NCBI GenBank assembly: GCA_046290225.1
Contig: JBKAGE010000070.1
Coordinates: 1 to 64,000, forward strand
Direction of reading: 5' to 3'
DNA: 64,000 nt
From: Bradymonadia bacterium
GTDB taxonomy: Bacteria > Myxococcota_A > Bradymonadia > UBA7976 > UBA1532
Shown here one piece after another: positions 60,301 to 64,000 of this stretch; the first letter of the stretch is position 1, and each line of letters starts with the position of its first letter. A program made the translations under genes and the position numbers. Under the pieces are notes generated by a model. That model was not told the DNA's origin. It did not search any database and saw only the letters and a program-made list of their open reading frames with translations.

Positions 60301-62741
60301 TGAAGCTCTCAAAGAAAGCCCTGAGCCTCTGCTTCGCCACTGCGGGCGCGCTCTGTGTCGCCCTGCCGGCCATGAGCGAGCCGCCACAGCGCCGCAACCG
60401 CCGTCAGGTGCAAAAGCGCATCATGCCGCAGCAGCTCGGCAACGCCGGCTGGGGCAACAACATTCAGCTGAACAACGAGCTCAACAACATCGGCAGCTTC
60501 GGCCGGGGGGGTGTGCAACAGGCCGGCTTGGCAGGCTTCGACGGCCAGCTCTCGGCCCGGGCGATTCAGCGGGCCATCAACGACGCCGCGGTGTACCTCG
60601 AGAGCCGTCAGGCAGAGGACGGCAGCATTGGTGAAGGCAGCTACGCCCGGGGCGGCGCCACGGCCCTGGCCACTCTGGCACTGTTGGCCTCGGGTCGTGA
60701 TCCGGTGGCTGATCCGACCCTGAAGCGGGCCCTGGACTGGCTGCTCGGCCAGGAGGCCCCCGGCGGTCAGGATCCCTTCAACAACACCTATGTCCGGGGC
60801 ATCCGCGCCAACGTCTGGGAGTATGCCTTGCGCAAGGCGCCCTACGACGATCGCTTCCGCAAGGCCCTCAAAGAGGACTTCGACTGGCTGCTCGAAGCCA
60901 TGAACGACGAGGGCTGGCGCTACAACAAACAGAGCCGCGACTGGGACAACTCCTGCACACAGTACGGGGTGCTGGGCATCTGGGCCGGCACCCGGGCTGG
61001 CCTCGAGCCCGGCCCGAAGTTCTGGGAGAAGATGTCGGCCCACTTCCGCAAGACCCAGAACTCAGACGGCGGCTGGGGCTATGTGCAGAGCAGCAGCTCC
61101 ACCCCGAACATGGCCACTGCGGGCCTCGCGAGCCTGTTCCTCGTCTTTGACATGCACCACGGCCGCAAGGCCTGGAGCCGCGAGAACCCTCAAGCATTCT
61201 CCTCTGGTGAGGCCGCAGAGGTGCTGACGGCGCTGGAGCGCGGCATGACCTGGCTGGGCCAGTCGAGGGGCGATAAGGGGAACGCCTACTACCTGTACGG
61301 CATCGAGCGGGCGGGGGTGGCCAGCGGTCGCCAGCGCTTCGGCGGCGAGGACTGGTTCGAAGAGGGCGCCAAACGGGCCCTGTCTCAGCAACGCACCGAC
61401 GGCTCGATCCCCATCGGCTACACCCCAGAGATCGGCACCGCCCTCACCACCCTCTTCATGGTGTACGGCGGTGCCCCTACGGCCTTCGCCAAGCTGTCCC
61501 ACGGGGTCGAGGGGGCCGACAGCACCGCCTGGAACCCGAACCCTCGCGATCTCGCCAACCTCTCCCGGGCCCTGTGGTCGGCGTATGAGCGCCCTCTGAA
61601 CTGGACGATTGTGGAGCCCGAGGCCCTCGACACAGCCCGCGTACCGGTCCTGTTCCTGAGCGGCGCCGGCAAGGTAAGCTTCTCCAAGGACGAGATCACT
61701 GCCCTGCGGCGGTACGTGCAGCGTGGAGGCACCATCCTCGCCGAGCCTGCCGATGGTGATGAGGCCTATCGCGCTTCGATGGAAACTCTGCTCGCAGAGA
61801 TGTTCCCCGTCTCTGCGCACCCCGAGGCGCAGCTGAAGCCTCTGTCTTCGGATCACGGGGTGTATCGGGTGCAGCCGGTGACCTGGCGCAACGGCCCGCC
61901 GAAGCTCCGAGGTGCCGGCGACGGCATGCGCACCTTCTTCTTCATCTCCGAGGGGTACATGTCGTCGAAGTGGCAGGTGAACGACGTGGAGGATGACGCC
62001 TTCGCCCTTGCCCGCAACCTGCTGTTCTACGCCACAGATCTCGGCGCCCTCGAGGGCCGCTTCTCTACAGCGCTGCCTCCGGGCAAGGGGGCCCCAGAGG
62101 CGGGTTTGACTGTTCAGGTGGCCCGAGTGAAACACGGCCTCGAGAGCAGCCACCCCAGCGACTGGGACGCCGCCCCTCTCCTGTGGTCCTCCGTGGCGCC
62201 CTACGTGAAGCACCTCTCTGGCGTACACGTACAAGAGGCAGAGGCTGTACAGCTCGACAAGGGCGCGCTCGACCCGAAAAAGGTGAGATTGCTTCACCTC
62301 TCCGGGCGCAGGGCGCTCAACCTGAGCGACGCTGAGGCGCAGAGCCTGAAGTCATATGTCGAAGGCGGTGGCACCGTGCTCGTCGAGGCCTGGGGTGGCT
62401 CCGAGGCCTTCAGTCAGTCCGCCCGAGCCCGTCTTGAGGGGTTGCTTGGCCAGATCGAAGCCCTCGACGAGACCGCCCCTCTCGCTCTGGGACGCTTCGC
62501 CGGTGGCTCCGATCTCACCACCGAGGCCCCCATCACCCTCGCAGCTCGCAAAGCTCGAGGTCGGGGCCTGCCGCTGCACGTGATCAACGTCGGCGGTCGC
62601 CCTGGGGTGGTGTTCTCCCCCATCGACCTCAGCGCCGGTGCCACTGGGGTGGCCATCCACCAGAGGCAGGGCTACACCCCCGAAGGCGCTCGCCGCGTGC
62701 TCACCAACATGGTGGCCTGGCTGGGTCGGGGCCGATCATAG
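60300..62741 (+). CDS. Prenyltransferase/squalene-cyclase-like repeat protein with DUF4159 domains
   Basis: YL...Q..DGS, GWRY, DNS.TQY.VLG, Q..DGGWGY, YYLYGIERAG; two P.LFLSG / LR.YV..GGT modules. Confidence 0.88.
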   Translation: MKLSKKALSLCFATAGALCVALPAMSEPPQRRNRRQVQKRIMPQQLGNAGWGNNIQLNNELNNIGSFGRGGVQQAGLAGFDGQLSARAIQRAINDAAVYLESRQAEDGSIGEGSYARGGATALATLALLASGRDPVADPTLKRALDWLLGQEAPGGQDPFNNTYVRGIRANVWEYALRKAPYDDRFRKALKEDFDWLLEAMNDEGWRYNKQSRDWDNSCTQYGVLGIWAGTRAGLEPGPKFWEKMSAHFRKTQNSDGGWGYVQSSSSTPNMATAGLASLFLVFDMHHGRKAWSRENPQAFSSGEAAEVLTALERGMTWLGQSRGDKGNAYYLYGIERAGVASGRQRFGGEDWFEEGAKRALSQQRTDGSIPIGYTPEIGTALTTLFMVYGGAPTAFAKLSHGVEGADSTAWNPNPRDLANLSRALWSAYERPLNWTIVEPEALDTARVPVLFLSGAGKVSFSKDEITALRRYVQRGGTILAEPADGDEAYRASMETLLAEMFPVSAHPEAQLKPLSSDHGVYRVQPVTWRNGPPKLRGAGDGMRTFFFISEGYMSSKWQVNDVEDDAFALARNLLFYATDLGALEGRFSTALPPGKGAPEAGLTVQVARVKHGLESSHPSDWDAAPLLWSSVAPYVKHLSGVHVQEAEAVQLDKGALDPKKVRLLHLSGRRALNLSDAEAQSLKSYVEGGGTVLVEAWGGSEAFSQSARARLEGLLGQIEALDETAPLALGRFAGGSDLTTEAPITLAARKARGRGLPLHVINVGGRPGVVFSPIDLSAGATGVAIHQRQGYTPEGARRVLTNMVAWLGRGRS

Positions 62742-62820
62742 AGGCTTGAAAGTCCAGCGTTTCTGGTTGCTCTGGTGGCCCCTTCCACTCGATTGAGGGA
62801 AACTTTTGGTCTCGACGCGC

Positions 62821-62848
62821 TCAATCTTTTGGGCCTCGCTGCCGAACA
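62821..62848 (+). promoter_or_regulatory. Possible sigma28 (FliA)-type promoter
   Basis: TCAA-N16-GCCGAACA upstream of the PAS-MCP gene, with the same spacing as the site at 30016. Confidence 0.4.
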
Positions 62849-62888
62849 AAAACATCACAATATGAAGATTGATGTTCAGGACCAGCGC

Positions 62889-64000
62889 ATGGACCAGTTC
62901 TCCGCCCCAGTACCCGAAGTGTCTATCGATCGCGAAACCCTCGAGCGTCTTCAAAAGCTCGAATCGCAAGTCAACGCCATCAGTCGCTCTCAGGCGGTGA
63001 TCGAGTTCGATCTCGACGGCACAATCCGCACCGCCAACGCGAACTTCCTCGGCGCAGTCGGCTACGCGCTGGACGAGATCGAAGGCCGGCATCACCGTAT
63101 CTTCGTGGATCCTGCGGAGTCGAAGACCCCTCAATACCGTCAGTTCTGGGAGAAGCTCCGGAGCGGTACCTTTCACTCTGGTGAGTACCGCCGCATCACC
63201 AAGGATGGTGACGAGATTTGGATCCAGGCCACGTACAACCCTCTGCTCGATGCCCAGGGCCGCCCTGTGGGGGTGATCAAGTTCGCCACCGACGTGACGA
63301 CCCGTCGAAAGGCGGTGGAGGCCCTCGCCGAGGTGGCTGAGGGCCTGTCTCAGGGCGATCTGACCTGTGAGATGTGGGGGGAGTACGATGGTCAGTTCGG
63401 GCAGATGCAGAACGCCATCAACCATGCCATGGGCACCTTGCGGGGCCTGATCGGCTCTGTGCAGACCTCTTCACAGCAAATCACCGAAGGCAGTGAGCAG
63501 ATCGCTGCGGGCAATCAGGAGCTCAGTCAGCGCAGCCAGACGCAGGCCGCGAACCTGGAAGAGATCAGCGCCACGGTGGAGGCCCTCGCCCAGAGCGTGC
63601 GCCTCAACGCCGATGGGGCCAAGCAGGCCCAGGGGCTGGCCAGCGAGGCACGGAAAGTGGCCGCCAAGGGTCAAGCCCTCGTGGAGAGCACGGCGAAGGC
63701 GATGCAGGCCCTCACGGTCTCGAGCAAGAAGATGTCAGAGATCATCGAGGTGGTGGACGGCATCGCGTTCCAGACGAACTTGCTGGCCCTCAACGCCGCC
63801 GTAGAAGCGGCCCGTGCCGGGGAAGCCGGGCGGGGCTTCGCCGTGGTGGCCTCAGAGGTACGCAACCTCGCTCAGCGCTGCGCTGGAGAGGCCAAGGAGA
63901 TCAGGGGTCTGATCGACAGCAGCAACGAGCAGGTGAGCGAAGGTGCCCGCCTGGTCTCGGCCTCCGGTGACACCCTCGCGGAGATCGTCAACTCCAGCGG
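62889..64000 (+). CDS. PAS-domain cytoplasmic methyl-accepting chemotaxis protein, cut off by the window edge (alternative in-frame ATG at 62862)
   Basis: Translated by hand: [83 protein letters not shown]. Confidence 0.95.
   Translation, partial: MDQFSAPVPEVSIDRETLERLQKLESQVNAISRSQAVIEFDLDGTIRTANANFLGAVGYALDEIEGRHHRIFVDPAESKTPQYRQFWEKLRSGTFHSGEYRRITKDGDEIWIQATYNPLLDAQGRPVGVIKFATDVTTRRKAVEALAEVAEGLSQGDLTCEMWGEYDGQFGQMQNAINHAMGTLRGLIGSVQTSSQQITEGSEQIAAGNQELSQRSQTQAANLEEISATVEALAQSVRLNADGAKQAQGLASEARKVAAKGQALVESTAKAMQALTVSSKKMSEIIEVVDGIAFQTNLLALNAAVEAARAGEAGRGFAVVASEVRNLAQRCAGEAKEIRGLIDSSNEQVSEGARLVSASGDTLAEIVNSS

Overview
High-GC chromosomal window, probably from a Myxococcota/Bradymonadia-like deltaproteobacterium (inferred from MYXO-CTERM tails, CNGLDDDCDG repeats and the DUF1552/DUF1592 pair). 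Bases 1-3340 form a small accessory island: an IS3-family right end, a doubly inactivated hicA, and several short unknown ORFs. The island sits directly downstream of a 142-nt tRNA-like gene (3341-3482, minus strand). That gene has canonical acceptor, D and T arms, an encoded CCA end and its own sigma70-type promoter, but a non-canonical anticodon loop and a 69-nt variable arm. The rest is mostly coding: surface and secreted repeat proteins, a SNF2 helicase, a NRAMP-like transporter, SufE, GNATs, pentapeptide proteins, GCS2-CBS, an ExbB/vWA pair, a porin-PBP-MCP operon, a TraAB-like pair, a eukaryote-type AdoMetDC, an M16 pair and vWA/DUF4159 proteins. Two intergenic palindromic elements 22.7 kb apart (20948-21347 and 43598-44104) stand out. 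Their inverted arms differ in sequence but both alternate conserved GTAG-containing blocks with variable GNA-loop mini-hairpins. Both enclose the same gap-free 86-nt scaffold, AGTTMTGGTGTG-N24-TGGGGCTTWCGCCG-N12-CARAGGC-N4-ACGTTCGCGGTAG. All family assignments come from motif recognition by eye; no searches were run.
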